Source of the DNA: Candidatus Aenigmatarchaeota archaeon
Lineage (GTDB): Archaea; Aenigmatarchaeota; Aenigmatarchaeia; QMZP01; QMZT01
NCBI GenBank assembly: GCA_963726265.1
Contig: CAVSBQ010000002.1
Span: 352,001 to 416,000, forward strand
DNA: 64,000 bases
Reading direction: 5' to 3'
Shown in pieces: positions 17,256 to 29,100 of the stretch. Numbering within the stretch: the stretch's first letter is position 1; every line of letters begins with the position of its first letter. The notes under the pieces were generated by a model. That model was not told the DNA's origin. It was given only the letters and a program-made list of their open reading frames with translations, and made no database searches. A program made the translations under genes and the position numbers.

Positions 17256-20093
17256 TCACCGCTTCCAGAACTTCTTGGTTTTTGCGAACTGTTTTTCCGC
17301 CTGCAGAATTTCGTTGAGCAGCTCCTTGCCCTTGAAACCCTTTCTCAGTATCCTAGCCGCTGTCTGCGGCCCGATGCCGCGGCCTGCCAAGGCCAGCGTG
17401 GCGTCCTTGCCGTGACCAACGACGAGAGCGGCGGAATCGTTAATCATGCCATAATGCTTTTCTTCCTCGTCTGCAAGTTTTACGCCCTTTATGTGCTTCC
17501 TGATGAGCTTCTGCCCTTCGCTGACGTAGCGATGCGGCACGTAGCCGATAAGAATGGCGCCGCATTTCCTGCAGCGGATTTCTTCGGGAATGTTTTTCAG
17601 CGTCGAGGAGGAGAATATTTCTCCGCAGTTCACGCACACCAAGCCGATTTTCGTGTCGAGAAGGCGCTTCTCGAATGCCTTGAAAATCTCCGTGTCCGGC
17701 CTGTCGGGGGCGATTATCTCATAGCGTTTTTCGAGGCCGTATTCCCCGAGCGGCGAAAGCCCAGGCCTAAATTCAAGCTTTATTTTTCCTGCCCTGATGT
17801 CCGCCAGCGCCTTCTTCGCGCCTTCGACGTCGAGCTTCTCCTGGAATATCTCGTTTAACGCCTCGAGATACGGCGGCTGCCTGAAATAAACGTCTATTAT
17901 TTTCTTTACGTATGTCTTGCCGAAATCCGCGTCTCTGCTTATCATGCCGAAGCGCTGCGCGACGTGGATGAATCTCCATTCGAAAAGCTCGCTGGACGGC
18001 AGCGTGTTCTCAAGCGTGGCCTGCATGGTTTCCGGATTGATTGCCCTGAACATCTCAAGGACGTCCTGGTGCTGGCGGCCCGGCAGCTTGACTATTATCC
18101 TGTAAGCATCGGTTTCGAGTCCCACGGAGCCGAGCTTGTTTGTCAGCATGGTCGTCAGGACCCTTCCGAGCGTCTCGTTCACGAGCGAGCCGAAGGGCGC
18201 GTGTATCACGACGAAATCATCGAAATATTCGACCAGTATGTTCTCGTGGTCTGGGACGAAGCCGTATTTGAGCTGCTTCTCCATGGTCTTAACCATCTTG
18301 TCCGCGACGTCTCTCGTGACCGGGTATTCCGCGGCTATTTTTTCAATTGCCTTTGCCTTGCCCGCCCCTTTTTTCAGCAGAGCCGCGATTTGCCTGCGCA
18401 GGCGTCCGACCGCCTGGCTGACCTCGAATGGCACGGGGATGAGCTCGCCCTCCCATGCGGGTATCGCTGCCGACGCGTTCTCCTCGGGCTCGACCAGGAT
18501 TTCCTTTTCGCCCACGTCGACGATTCTCCACGCCTGGCCCTTGACGACGAAAGACGTGCCAGAGCGGCCATGGATAGCGACGAACTCCTCGTCCAGCGTG
18601 CCGACCGCCTTGTTGGTGACCATGTCGACAATCCTGTAATTCTTGACGTCGGGGATGGTGGAAAGGTTCTGGTAGTAGTAAAGCCATGCGGGCTTTCGCC
18701 TTCGAAGCGGCATGAAGTCGTCGAATTTCGAGCCGACCCAGATGTAGCCGAGCTTCTCCATCATTTTCGCCGTCTCCAGAAATTCCTCCTTCGTCAGATG
18801 TCTGAATGGATAGGCGCGCCTGATTATTTCATACGCTTTCTCGAGCGGGATATTGTATTCCTCCAGCGCAAGGCCGACTATCTGGTGGCCGAGGACGTCG
18901 AGCGACTTGCCATAAACGCTGGTTGGCTCTATCCTCCTTTCCGTGCCGAGCTTCGCTATCGCAGTCGCTTCAAAACAGTCGTCCGAATCCGTCGAGATGA
19001 CGATGCCTTTCGAGACCTCAGAAACCCTGTGGCCTGAGCGTCCCACGCGCTGGAGCAATTTTGAAACTTGCCTGGGCGACATGTATTGCAGCACGAGGTT
19101 TATGGAGCCTATGTCTATGCCCAGCTCCAGCGAGCTCGTGCACACCAGCGACTTCAGCTTCTCCTGCTTGAAGCGTTCTTCCGCATCGATGCGCACGTCT
19201 TTCGAAAGCGACGAGTGATGCGTCTCTATCGGCAGCGACGGCCTCATCATGCGCAGGCGCGATGACAGGACCTCGGAGAACTCGCGCGTGTTGGTGAACG
19301 TGAGGACGGAGCGGTTCTTTTCTATGAGCTCCGCAATCCTCCTGAGCCGCGCGGAGGTCTCGGGCCCGACCAGGACCTTTTCCGCGATGCCGTCGTCCTG
19401 GGCCTCGTGCCTCGGCGCCTCGACGCGTATGTCCATCCTGCCGTGCTCGACCGTGTTGATTATCTCGCAGGGCTTGCCTGCGGTAAGGAAGGCCGCGACA
19501 TCTTCGGGCGTTCCGATTGTCGCGGACAGGCCTATCATCTGGATTTTATTCTTGTCCTTGATTATCTCTTTCAACCGTTCAAGAGCAACGGAGAGCTGGA
19601 CGCCCCGCTTGTTCTCGACCAGCTCGTGTATCTCGTCGATGACAATCCAGCGCACGCTCTTCAGATGCTCGCGCATCCTCGACCCGACGAGCATCGCCTG
19701 CAGCGTTTCGGGCGTCGTAATGAACATGTCGCTGGGATTGGCGGCCTGCATGCTGCGCTCGTACTGGCTCGTGTCGCCATGGCGCACGCTCACCTCGAAG
19801 TCGAGCTTCTGGCTCCACCAGAGGATGCGCTTCAGCAGGTCGCGGTTGAGCGACTTGAGCGGCGTGATGTAAAGTATCGATATCGCTTTCAGGCCTTCGC
19901 GGTTGCGTATGAACTCGTCGAATACAGGGAGAAGAGCGCTTTCCGTCTTGCCCACGCCCGTCGATGCTATGAGCAGCGTGTTCTTCCCCTTTATTATCGG
20001 CGGTATGCCCTCGCTCTGTATGGAGGTCGGCCTGTCGAAACCGCGCTCCTTTATCAGGGCCTGCAGCTTTGGCGAAAACAACTTCCATACCAT
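17256..20093 (-). CDS. lhr: Lhr-family ATP-dependent helicase
   Basis: TGVGKTE, VRHGDT, TTPETL, DEIH, SAT, TSSLELGIDIG and QRVGRSGH motifs, plus a C-terminal Zn ribbon. Confidence 0.93.
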   Translation of the reverse strand: MVWKLFSPKLQALIKERGFDRPTSIQSEGIPPIIKGKNTLLIASTGVGKTESALLPVFDEFIRNREGLKAISILYITPLKSLNRDLLKRILWWSQKLDFEVSVRHGDTSQYERSMQAANPSDMFITTPETLQAMLVGSRMREHLKSVRWIVIDEIHELVENKRGVQLSVALERLKEIIKDKNKIQMIGLSATIGTPEDVAAFLTAGKPCEIINTVEHGRMDIRVEAPRHEAQDDGIAEKVLVGPETSARLRRIAELIEKNRSVLTFTNTREFSEVLSSRLRMMRPSLPIETHHSSLSKDVRIDAEERFKQEKLKSLVCTSSLELGIDIGSINLVLQYMSPRQVSKLLQRVGRSGHRVSEVSKGIVISTDSDDCFEATAIAKLGTERRIEPTSVYGKSLDVLGHQIVGLALEEYNIPLEKAYEIIRRAYPFRHLTKEEFLETAKMMEKLGYIWVGSKFDDFMPLRRRKPAWLYYYQNLSTIPDVKNYRIVDMVTNKAVGTLDEEFVAIHGRSGTSFVVKGQAWRIVDVGEKEILVEPEENASAAIPAWEGELIPVPFEVSQAVGRLRRQIAALLKKGAGKAKAIEKIAAEYPVTRDVADKMVKTMEKQLKYGFVPDHENILVEYFDDFVVIHAPFGSLVNETLGRVLTTMLTNKLGSVGLETDAYRIIVKLPGRQHQDVLEMFRAINPETMQATLENTLPSSELFEWRFIHVAQRFGMISRDADFGKTYVKKIIDVYFRQPPYLEALNEIFQEKLDVEGAKKALADIRAGKIKLEFRPGLSPLGEYGLEKRYEIIAPDRPDTEIFKAFEKRLLDTKIGLVCVNCGEIFSSSTLKNIPEEIRCRKCGAILIGYVPHRYVSEGQKLIRKHIKGVKLADEEEKHYGMINDSAALVVGHGKDATLALAGRGIGPQTAARILRKGFKGKELLNEILQAEKQFAKTKKFWKR

Positions 20094-20142
20094 AATGACG
20101 CCGCTTATAATGTGAAAACTATTTTAAAGTGTTTTAAAAACG

Positions 20143-20694
20143 CTACTTCATGCCGAGCAAATCCGATTTAGTGATTATGCCGACAATCTTTCCCCTGTCC
20201 GAGACCAGGACGGCAGGATGCGATTCGAGCAGCGGAAGTATGACATCTGTCCTGTCTTTCGCGTCAACCATGGGAAACCCCTCTTCAGCGATGTCCTTTG
20301 CCTGAAGCTTTTCGAGCTTCCTGTCCATGTTGTGGAGCAGCGTCTCCTCGCTTATGCCGCCTATCTGCTTCCCGTTCTGTATCACGGGCATCTGGGAGAA
20401 ACCGGACGATTTCATTATCGCTATTACCTTCTTGACCGGCGTCTCCGGCCTCACGGCAATTACCCTGCTCATTATGTCCGCGCAGCGCTTCGCTACCTTT
20501 TCCTTCTCCGAGAGCACCAAAAGTATCTTGTTCACCGTAGAAAGCCGCGGGTCGACCTTGCCGTTCTCTATCTTCGCCACGTGCGCCTGCGAGATGTCGG
20601 CGAACTTAGCGAGCTCCGTCTGGGACAGACCGCGTTCCAGCCTCAGCTTCCTTATGGATTCTCCCGTAACTAGCGTGAATTCCATTATTCTCAC
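20143..20694 (-). CDS. XRE-HTH plus CBS-pair transcriptional regulator
   Basis: LSQTELAKFADISQAHVAKIENGKVDPRLST followed by two CBS domains (GFSQMPV; VGIITKSDLL). Confidence 0.9.
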   Translation of the reverse strand: MRIMEFTLVTGESIRKLRLERGLSQTELAKFADISQAHVAKIENGKVDPRLSTVNKILLVLSEKEKVAKRCADIMSRVIAVRPETPVKKVIAIMKSSGFSQMPVIQNGKQIGGISEETLLHNMDRKLEKLQAKDIAEEGFPMVDAKDRTDVILPLLESHPAVLVSDRGKIVGIITKSDLLGMK

Positions 20695-20792
20695 CGGTTA
20701 TAATTTTTAGCAATAAGATATATAAATCAATATAAATAGCGCCTCCATTATTAACTAAATTAAAAGTCTAAAATATGTTGAGGTGGATTTTT

Positions 20793-21974
20793 ATGGAGAA
20801 TGACCGCAAGAAGGAGAAGATATTGCTTACATCCGAGAGCGTGACCGAAGGACACCCGGACAAGATGTGCGACCAGATATCGGATGCGATACTTGACGCC
20901 ATATACAAGGAGGACCCGAATGCAAGAGTCGGATGCGAATGCGGCACGAAGAACGGAGGGGTCATGGTCTTCGGCGAGATAACTACATCAGCTTATGTTG
21001 ACATACCGCTTGTCGTGAGGAACGTGATAAAGGAGATAGGCTACACGAAAGCGGAATACGGCATAGAGCACGAGACGTGCACGGTCTGGGTCCAGATAAC
21101 CGAGCAGAGCCCTGACATATCGCAGGGCGTGACCAAGGAAAAAAGCATGTTCAAGGAGCAGGGCGCGGGGGATCAAGGCATGATGTTCGGCTATGCCTGT
21201 GACGAGACGCCTGAGCTCATGCCGCTGCCCATCATGCTCGCGCACAAGCTTACGATGCGCATGGCTGAGGCGAGGAAGAAGGGCGAAGTTAAATGGATGA
21301 GGCCTGACGGGAAGTCGCAGGTGACCATCGAATACGACGATTCGGGCAAGCCGCTGAGGGCGGATGCGATTGTCGTCTCGACCCAGCACGATGACGGCAT
21401 TGCTTATGAAACGATAAAAAAGGAAATGATAGAAAAGGTCATCAGACCAGTCTGCGGCAAGTGGATAGACAGCGAAACACGCTTCTTCGTCAATCCAACA
21501 GGGGCGTTCGTGCGCGGTGGCCCCTACGCCGACGCGGGCTTAACGGGAAGGAAGATAATTGTCGATACATACGGCGGCATCGGACGCCATGGCGGCGGCG
21601 CTTTCTCGGGCAAGGACCCGTCCAAGGTCGACCGCTCTGCGACGTACATGGCAAGATACATCGCGAAGAACATCGTGGCGGCCGGCATCGCGAAGAAATG
21701 CGAACTGCAGCTTGCGTATGCGATAGGCTACCCGGAACCCGTTTCAGTCTACGTGAACACGTTCGGCACGGGCAAAATATCTGACGATGATATATGCAAA
21801 CTGGTCAGGAAACATTTCCCCCTGAAACCGGCGGGCATAATCGAGCACCTGAAATTGCGAAGGCCGATATACAGGAAGACCGCCGCTTACGGCCACTTCG
21901 GCAGGAACGACCCGGACTTCACCTGGGAGAAGACTGACAAGGCCGCGAAACTCAGAAAGGAAGCCGGCCTGTAA
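20793..21974 (+). CDS. metK: S-adenosylmethionine synthetase, bacterial/eukaryotic type
   Basis: [26 protein letters not shown] and [16 protein letters not shown] motifs. GAGGTG precedes the ATG at 20793. Confidence 0.96.
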   Translation: MENDRKKEKILLTSESVTEGHPDKMCDQISDAILDAIYKEDPNARVGCECGTKNGGVMVFGEITTSAYVDIPLVVRNVIKEIGYTKAEYGIEHETCTVWVQITEQSPDISQGVTKEKSMFKEQGAGDQGMMFGYACDETPELMPLPIMLAHKLTMRMAEARKKGEVKWMRPDGKSQVTIEYDDSGKPLRADAIVVSTQHDDGIAYETIKKEMIEKVIRPVCGKWIDSETRFFVNPTGAFVRGGPYADAGLTGRKIIVDTYGGIGRHGGGAFSGKDPSKVDRSATYMARYIAKNIVAAGIAKKCELQLAYAIGYPEPVSVYVNTFGTGKISDDDICKLVRKHFPLKPAGIIEHLKLRRPIYRKTAAYGHFGRNDPDFTWEKTDKAAKLRKEAGL

Positions 21975-22059
21975 TTTGCCCGCAATTTTTTCTTTGTTTT
22001 ATCTAATTCAAATTTGCAGAAACAAGAACGTTTAAAAATTAGGAGCGCGAATAAATCGT

Positions 22060-22962
22060 ATGGAAAGCGAAATTCTCGAGAAGTATGTGAAAGCGGGAAA
22101 AATCTCCAGCCAAGTGAAAGGCGAGGTCCTGGAAAAAATAAAGCCAGGCATGAAAATCCTGGAGCTCTCGGAGTTCATAGAAAGGCGCATCGTGGAACTC
22201 GGAGGCCAGCCTGCTTTCCCCGTCAACATCGGGCTTAACGACGTGACGGCGCATTACACGCCGAGGGCGGACGAAGCGACGGTGATAAAACCAGGCGACC
22301 TCGTCAAGATAGACCACGGCGTACACGTCGACGGCTGGGTCGCGGACATGGCTTATACTTATTGTTCTGAAAAAAGCGAGCTTATAAGGGTCGCAGAGGA
22401 AGCGCTTCAGGCGGGCATAAAGGCTATCAGGCCCGGCGTGAAGATTTCCGAAGTAAGCCGGGCGATAAACGAGGTTGTCGAAGCCGCAGGCCTCGGCGTG
22501 ATAGTCAACCTCAGCGGCCACGGCCTTGACCAGTATGTCATCCACGGCCTGCCGAACATACCCAACATCATAAACGATTCGCAGCACGAATTGAAGGACG
22601 GAGATGTTATCGCGCTCGAGCCTTTCGTCTGCGAGAAGAACGGCTCAGTCAGGGATTCGGAGCCCGCCGAGATATTTTCTTTTCTCCAGCCGAAGACTGC
22701 GCGCCTTCCAGAGGCGAGGGCGATTCTCGACCTTGCCGGCAACGAATACATGGGCCTTCCCTTCTGCAGGAGATGGCTTATGAAGAAAGGAATTTCTGCA
22801 TTCAAAACTTCGTTCGCCTTAAGACAGCTCGAGATGACCGAGGCCATAAGATGCTATCCCGTGCTCAAGGAACGAAGCGGCATGCCCGTCGCGCAGGCGG
22901 AGCACAGCGTGGTCGTGCTGGAGAAATCGGTTGTCATAACTTCCGGCATCAGCGTGGTCTGA
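22060..22962 (+). CDS. map: Methionine aminopeptidase type II
   Basis: AFPVN, AHYTP, DHGVHVDGWVAD, NLSGH, ALEPF and AQAEHS motifs, with the type II helical insert. Confidence 0.95.
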   Translation: MESEILEKYVKAGKISSQVKGEVLEKIKPGMKILELSEFIERRIVELGGQPAFPVNIGLNDVTAHYTPRADEATVIKPGDLVKIDHGVHVDGWVADMAYTYCSEKSELIRVAEEALQAGIKAIRPGVKISEVSRAINEVVEAAGLGVIVNLSGHGLDQYVIHGLPNIPNIINDSQHELKDGDVIALEPFVCEKNGSVRDSEPAEIFSFLQPKTARLPEARAILDLAGNEYMGLPFCRRWLMKKGISAFKTSFALRQLEMTEAIRCYPVLKERSGMPVAQAEHSVVVLEKSVVITSGISVV

Positions 22963-23121
22963 AGTTGCAGAAAAAATACGCCGGTTTGGCTGCTGTTTAT
23001 TCCATTATATACATTACAGATAATATGCAAGATATAAATAGAAACTAAGACAATTATTTATCAGGTGTGTCTTGGAACAGCGTAACCTACACCTCCGAAA
23101 AACGTTATACGTAGGGGACGT

Positions 23122-26100
23122 ATGCATAAAAAGGTAATAAGGGATACTGTTTACTATTATACCAGCGTCCGTGAAAACGGCAGGGTAAAGACTATTTATC
23201 TCGGCAGGACCGAAGCAGAAGCGGTGAAAAGGGAAAACGAACTGAAAAAAGCAAAGAGTCATGCCGTTTTCAAGGCGGATTTTTTTGGCAGGAACATTCT
23301 GAAAACGAGGCCGGTTCTCTATCTTTCGCTGGCTGTCCTGGTCGTGGCCGGCCTTCTTCTTCTGAGGAACGGGTATGTAGGTTACGTTACTGTCAGCGGG
23401 CCGGATGTTTTCCTTCCGGGGGAAAAACTGAACGGCACCGTGAACCTGACTTTCTTCAGCCAGGAATTCTACCCCAAAGACACGCTGCTGGAGGTTGCCG
23501 TGGGAGAGCAAACCTTAAACATGAGCCTCGGGCAGCTGCTGCAGGCCGAGGCAGGGCTGTATGCCCAGGACGGCGAATATTACGTCATAGGCTCGAATCT
23601 CTCGGGCTCAGGCGAAGGCTTCGGAGTGCGGGGGGAAAGGAAAATTTTCCCTGAGGTTGCATTTTCCTACGGACTGTCATGCATCCTGCATCCTGAGAAC
23701 TCGACGAATGAAACCTATGCGGAAAACTATACCGGGCTTTTCAGCGGCTCGTGCTCGGCGAATGCGCCCTATTTCAGCAGGCTTGCGGAAAACCTGACAG
23801 ACTGTTCTGCCGCGCTCATTGCGGGAAGCGTTCATGCCGGAAACCTCAGCCTGGACGAAAGTTATGTTGAACTCAGAATCGAGGACGGGATGCTCATAGG
23901 CGAAACCGGCTATTACGAGACTGAAAGCGGCTACGGCGCCGGCTACGAAAGCGCCGTGGAAGCCAGCATTCTGAAAAATCTTGACGTTTTTGACATCGGA
24001 GTCCCTGAAACCTCCGGGACATACGTCCTAGGCGTAAGGCTCGTTTACAACAGCACCGTCCTGAGGGAGGCGCTGAAAAACATAACCATTTCCGAGCTTC
24101 CGCAGAACGAAACGCAGACCGAGAAGGAAGCGAATGCCACCGAAGTGGCAGTAGAGCTTCCGGAAATCAGCGATGCAGACAAGGACGGCGACCCTGACAT
24201 GACCGACTGCAACCCTTCTAACGCAGCGGTATATCACGGGGTAGCGGAGTTATGCAATGGCGTGGACGACAACTGTGACGCAGCGACGGATGAAGGGTTC
24301 GATTTCGACGGGGACGGCTATGTCACCTGCGGCGACAAGCTGGATTGCGACGACAACGATCCTGCCGTCCATCCGGGCGCGGAGGAAATATGCGACGACG
24401 GCAAGGATAACGATTGCGACGGGGCGAAAGACATGGACGACCCTTACTGCCTCTGCAGCGACAACGATAAAGACGGCTTCGACACGTGCCATGAGCCGAT
24501 TGATTGCGACGACAACGAGCCAAAGGTTAACCCGAAGGCGAAGGAGATATGCGGCAACATGATAGACGAGAACTGCGACGGCTTCGACAAGGCATGTTCG
24601 AATGCGAGGGAGATAATAGAGGCCAGGAAGATAAAGGGCGTGAAGGAAGAGGTGCTGAAGGACGTTGAAAGCGGCAAGGCGACGAGGCTCATAGTCAGGC
24701 TGAAGGACGCAGGCAAGAAAATGCAGCTCATGGGCAAGTTCACCCCCGAGGCCGTTGACGTGAAAATGAAAAAATACTTCTCCGGGATTTTCGTGGAGCA
24801 GGACCTCGCCATGATGCTGGACCAGTTCCCTGATGCAATAGAATCCGTCCAGGTGGACCACAGGCTCGACCTTTTTGCCGACGACGTGATAAACCACACC
24901 GGAGTCAACCTGGTCTGGGACATGAACCTGACGGGGAAGGGGCAGACCGTCTGCGTCGTGGACAGCGGCATCGATTACAATCACCCGGACGTTGCGGGCA
25001 ACTACATCGGCGGCTATGACTTCGTCAACGAGGACGCCGACCCGCTCGACGACAACGGCCACGGCACCTACGTCTCTGGCATAGTCGCCGGCATCGCCAA
25101 GGACTCTAAAATCCTCGTCGCCAAGGCCTTCAACGGCAGCGGCGCGGGCTACGAGTCCGACATCCTCGAGGCGATAGACTACTGCATCAATAACAGGGAT
25201 ACATACAACGTATCGGTCATGCTCATGGCCTTCGGCGGCGGAGAGTTCAACACGTCATGCTACTGCGACTCGAACCTAGTCGCGAACGAATCTAACTTCG
25301 CCGTCAGCCAGGGCATTTTCGCCGTCGCGGCAAGCGGCAACGACGGCGACGCTTATCTCAAGGCGCCCGCCTGCGGCACGAACGTCACGTCGGTCGGCGC
25401 GGTCGACGAGAACGACAGCGTGGCTGACTTCACGAACATCGAGCCGCTGCTCGACCTGCTCGCGCCGGGAGTGGATATCCAAGCCGCGAACATGGGAGGC
25501 GGCCACGTAACGAGAAGCGGCACGTCGGCGTCAGCGGCGATAGTGGCTGGCATTGCGCCGCTCATTTTCGAGGGCGAGGCGCTCGCCCCGTTAGAACTGC
25601 AATATCGGCTCAGGAGCACGGGCGCTCTCATATCCTACCATGAGACAATTTATCCGAGAACAGACGCCTATGCCGCAGCCACGGGAAGCGAGACCAACAC
25701 GCCTGCCGGGCAGCAAGGAAACCAGTGCGAAGGGACGTGGAAAGATTACGAGCCGCTTGCAGTAAATTGCTTGGCTGATTGTGAAAACTCGTGTTCTACA
25801 TACTGCATAAGGACGGGCTGTCAGGACATCTCGCAGTCCGGATGCTCTGCCTGCAATGCATATTGCACCAGAACCTGCAACAAGGCAACATGCCTCGCAG
25901 AATGCGCTGTCGATGGTGACTGCACCGCTGATTATTGCGCAGGCACATGCGGAACAGGCACGAACAGCTGCATTTGGAGGGATTATTATTGCAACACGGC
26001 GGCATGCACGGCCTGCTCGTGCACATACACTACCACCGACGCGGATGATTTATCCGCACGTTGCACCAGTTGCATGGGTTCGGGCTTCTGGAATCTAGGC

Positions 26101-29100
26101 GGAACATATACAGAAGCAAGCTGCTGCGGCGACGATAGTGGGGAATACAGGATAACCGAAACAAGCGGGGGCTCATATACACCTGCCGGATATGATGATG
26201 CAGGTACAACGTGCTGTAGTGCTAGTAGTAATTGCGCTTATACAGCTTATGGCTATCCTGATGAGTGCGTAGCCAGTGGCAGTGCAAGCGCCCCTGCTGT
26301 CCCGAACAGGGCTGCATGCTCGTCGAATTACTGGTATGGAGGCGATGACGGCAGCTCATACTGCACCATCGTAGTAGGCAGCAGCGGAAACTGGGGTCTC
26401 GGAGGCGAGGGTTCCGGGAGCTGCTGCGGGGACGACAGCAGCGAAAGCACGAGAACTGAGCAATCAACAGGAACGGACATACCGGCAGGTTATAACGATG
26501 GTTCAAAAACATGTTGTTCTGACAGTAGTGATTGCTCTTATACCGCTTATAGTTACAGTGACGTGTGCAAGGCGTATCAAGGAACATCCGACCCCGCTGT
26601 ACCCAACAAGGCATACTGCGGTTCAAGTAGTACTTGGTGGGGAGGCGATGATTTGTCAGCGGCATGCACTGCAATAACGGGTGGTAGTAACTGGGGTCTT
26701 GGCGGCGAGGTTCCAAGTCCTAACTGCTGCGGGGACGACAGCAGCGAATACCCGATAAGCGAAGCTGCGTTAGGGGCGACCACGCCAGCCGGCTACAACG
26801 ATGGGTCCTATACCTGCTGCGACGCCTCGACTGACTGCGCCTATACCGCTTATGGTTACAGTGATATCTGCAAACCTTCCGCCAGCGGGAGCAGTAGTGC
26901 TTCTGACCCAACCATCCCCAACAAGGCTTATTGCCAAAATAAGAACTGGTACGGAGGCGACGACCTAGGTGATGCATGCAGCGCAATCACAGGCGGGAGC
27001 AACTGGGGTCTGGGCGGCGAGGGGGATGGAAGCTGCTGCGGGGACGACAGCAGCGAATACGCTATAACAGAGGCCTCTAGCACGGACACCCCTTCGCCTT
27101 ACAACGACAACACCGGTAAGACGTGCTGCGACACGTCGGGTGACTGCACAGAATCCGGGACGGACGTGTGCACGGTCACTACCAGCGCGGCTGGCACAAT
27201 TCCCAACAAGGCTTATTGCGGCGCAAGCAACACGTGGTACGGAGGGGATGCCGGCGAGACATATTGCACCACGATAGTCGCAGCGAGCAGCTGGAACCTT
27301 GGCGGCGAGGCGTGGAGCTCGCCTGATGATTTATGCTGCGGCGACGACAGCAGCGAATACAAAAAGACTGAAACCGGTTCAACGGACGCGCCCTCGGGGT
27401 ATAATGACGGCATCACGACGTGCTGCGACGCCTCGACGGACTGCACGTATGACGACACTTGCACTGCCACCACGGGCACATCAGCGCCGGCCATACCCAG
27501 CAAAGCCTACTGCTCGTCGGGAACGTGGTACGGAGGGGATGTAGGAAGCACGCAATGCACGGCCATTGTCGGTGCAGGGAACTGGAGCATCGGCGGTGAG
27601 GTGAACGCGACAGCCTGCTGCGGCGACGACAGCGGTGAAAATCGCAGGATTTTCGTTGACTACCTAGGGAATGCTCATGGAGTCATGGACTGGGGAACAA
27701 GCCAGGACGGGTGCTGCGACAATGCAAATGACCAGATAGATTACGACGGAGATTGTGTCACGTCATCAGGCTCAGGCGGCAATGCTGTGGATACAGGTTA
27801 CACAGGTCACGACAAATACGGCTATCCTTACACGACAGGCTGGCTTGACCTTGACGGGCATTCCACGTGGCCTACCACTTATGGAGCCAATGTCTGCGGA
27901 GGCGGCTGGATTAATATGTCGTATGGCGATTCAACTGGAGAAGATTGTGGTACTGCGGGCGGCGATGCCTGCGATGAAGATGCTGATTATGGCTGCTGCG
28001 GCGACGATTCGGGAGAAAATTACATTTACAGGCTGAGCTATTCAGACCAAGTTGGCGGGAGTACGGCAACCAATACTTCCGATTACGCATGCTGTGATGC
28101 TGCAACAGACTGCGTATATAATAGCGTGTGTTATGCCCAAAGCACTTGGCATGATTTCGATGGCAATGGTGTAAGTGATTCATATTGTTATGGCGCTAAT
28201 GGCTGGCTAAATGCAGACAGGTATACTTCGTATTGCACGGCAAACCATTGGAATATCGGCGGAGATGCGGATTTAGAAGGCTCATACTACCAGGTTGGAG
28301 GAGGGCGAACTGATTATTGCGATATTGGTGCAGCAGGGTATCCGAGCAGGGAATGCTGCTGCGGCGACGATTCGGGCGAGAACTACCGCTACTGTCAGGC
28401 AGCGAAGCGGATTCCCGGATTCTGGCAGCTGCACCAGCGCGGAGAACGCATGCTGCGACGCCTCGACTGACTGCGTGACGACGGACGGGACGACGTGTGT
28501 GGCCAGCGGGAACACGGCAACCGATGGTGATGATGACGATAACAACGACTACTGCCTCTCCGGAACGTGGTATGACTGCAGCACTAGCGACCAGTGCGCA
28601 GCGGGCTATTCATGCGTGAGCAATGACTGTCAAGTCAACATCACCATAACCATGAATTCGCCTGCGGACGCTTCCAATACTTCGAGCTATTCAATGACAT
28701 TCAATGCGACCGTGGCGACTGACGGGACCATGACGAACGTCAGCCTTTACGGCAACTGGACAGGCAGCTGGGTGATAAACCAGACCAACACCTCAGGAAC
28801 AGAAAACACCGACTACGTTTTCACCAAGAACCTGACTTCGTATGGCAACGGCGTGTATAAATGGGCCGTCCGCAGCTGCCTTGACACGGGCGCCTGCAAG
28901 CTCTCCGCAAACAGGACGTTCAGGATAGACACAATCCCGCCCGTTTTTTCAACTTACGCGAGGAGTCCCGATCCTCCGAACGAGGACCAGAACGTCCAGC
29001 TGAACGCCACGATAACGGATTCCGGCGTCGCCGTCATCAATGCAGTGAGACTGGAGTTCACGAACAGCACGGACACGAGAAACTACACGGTCACGACGAA

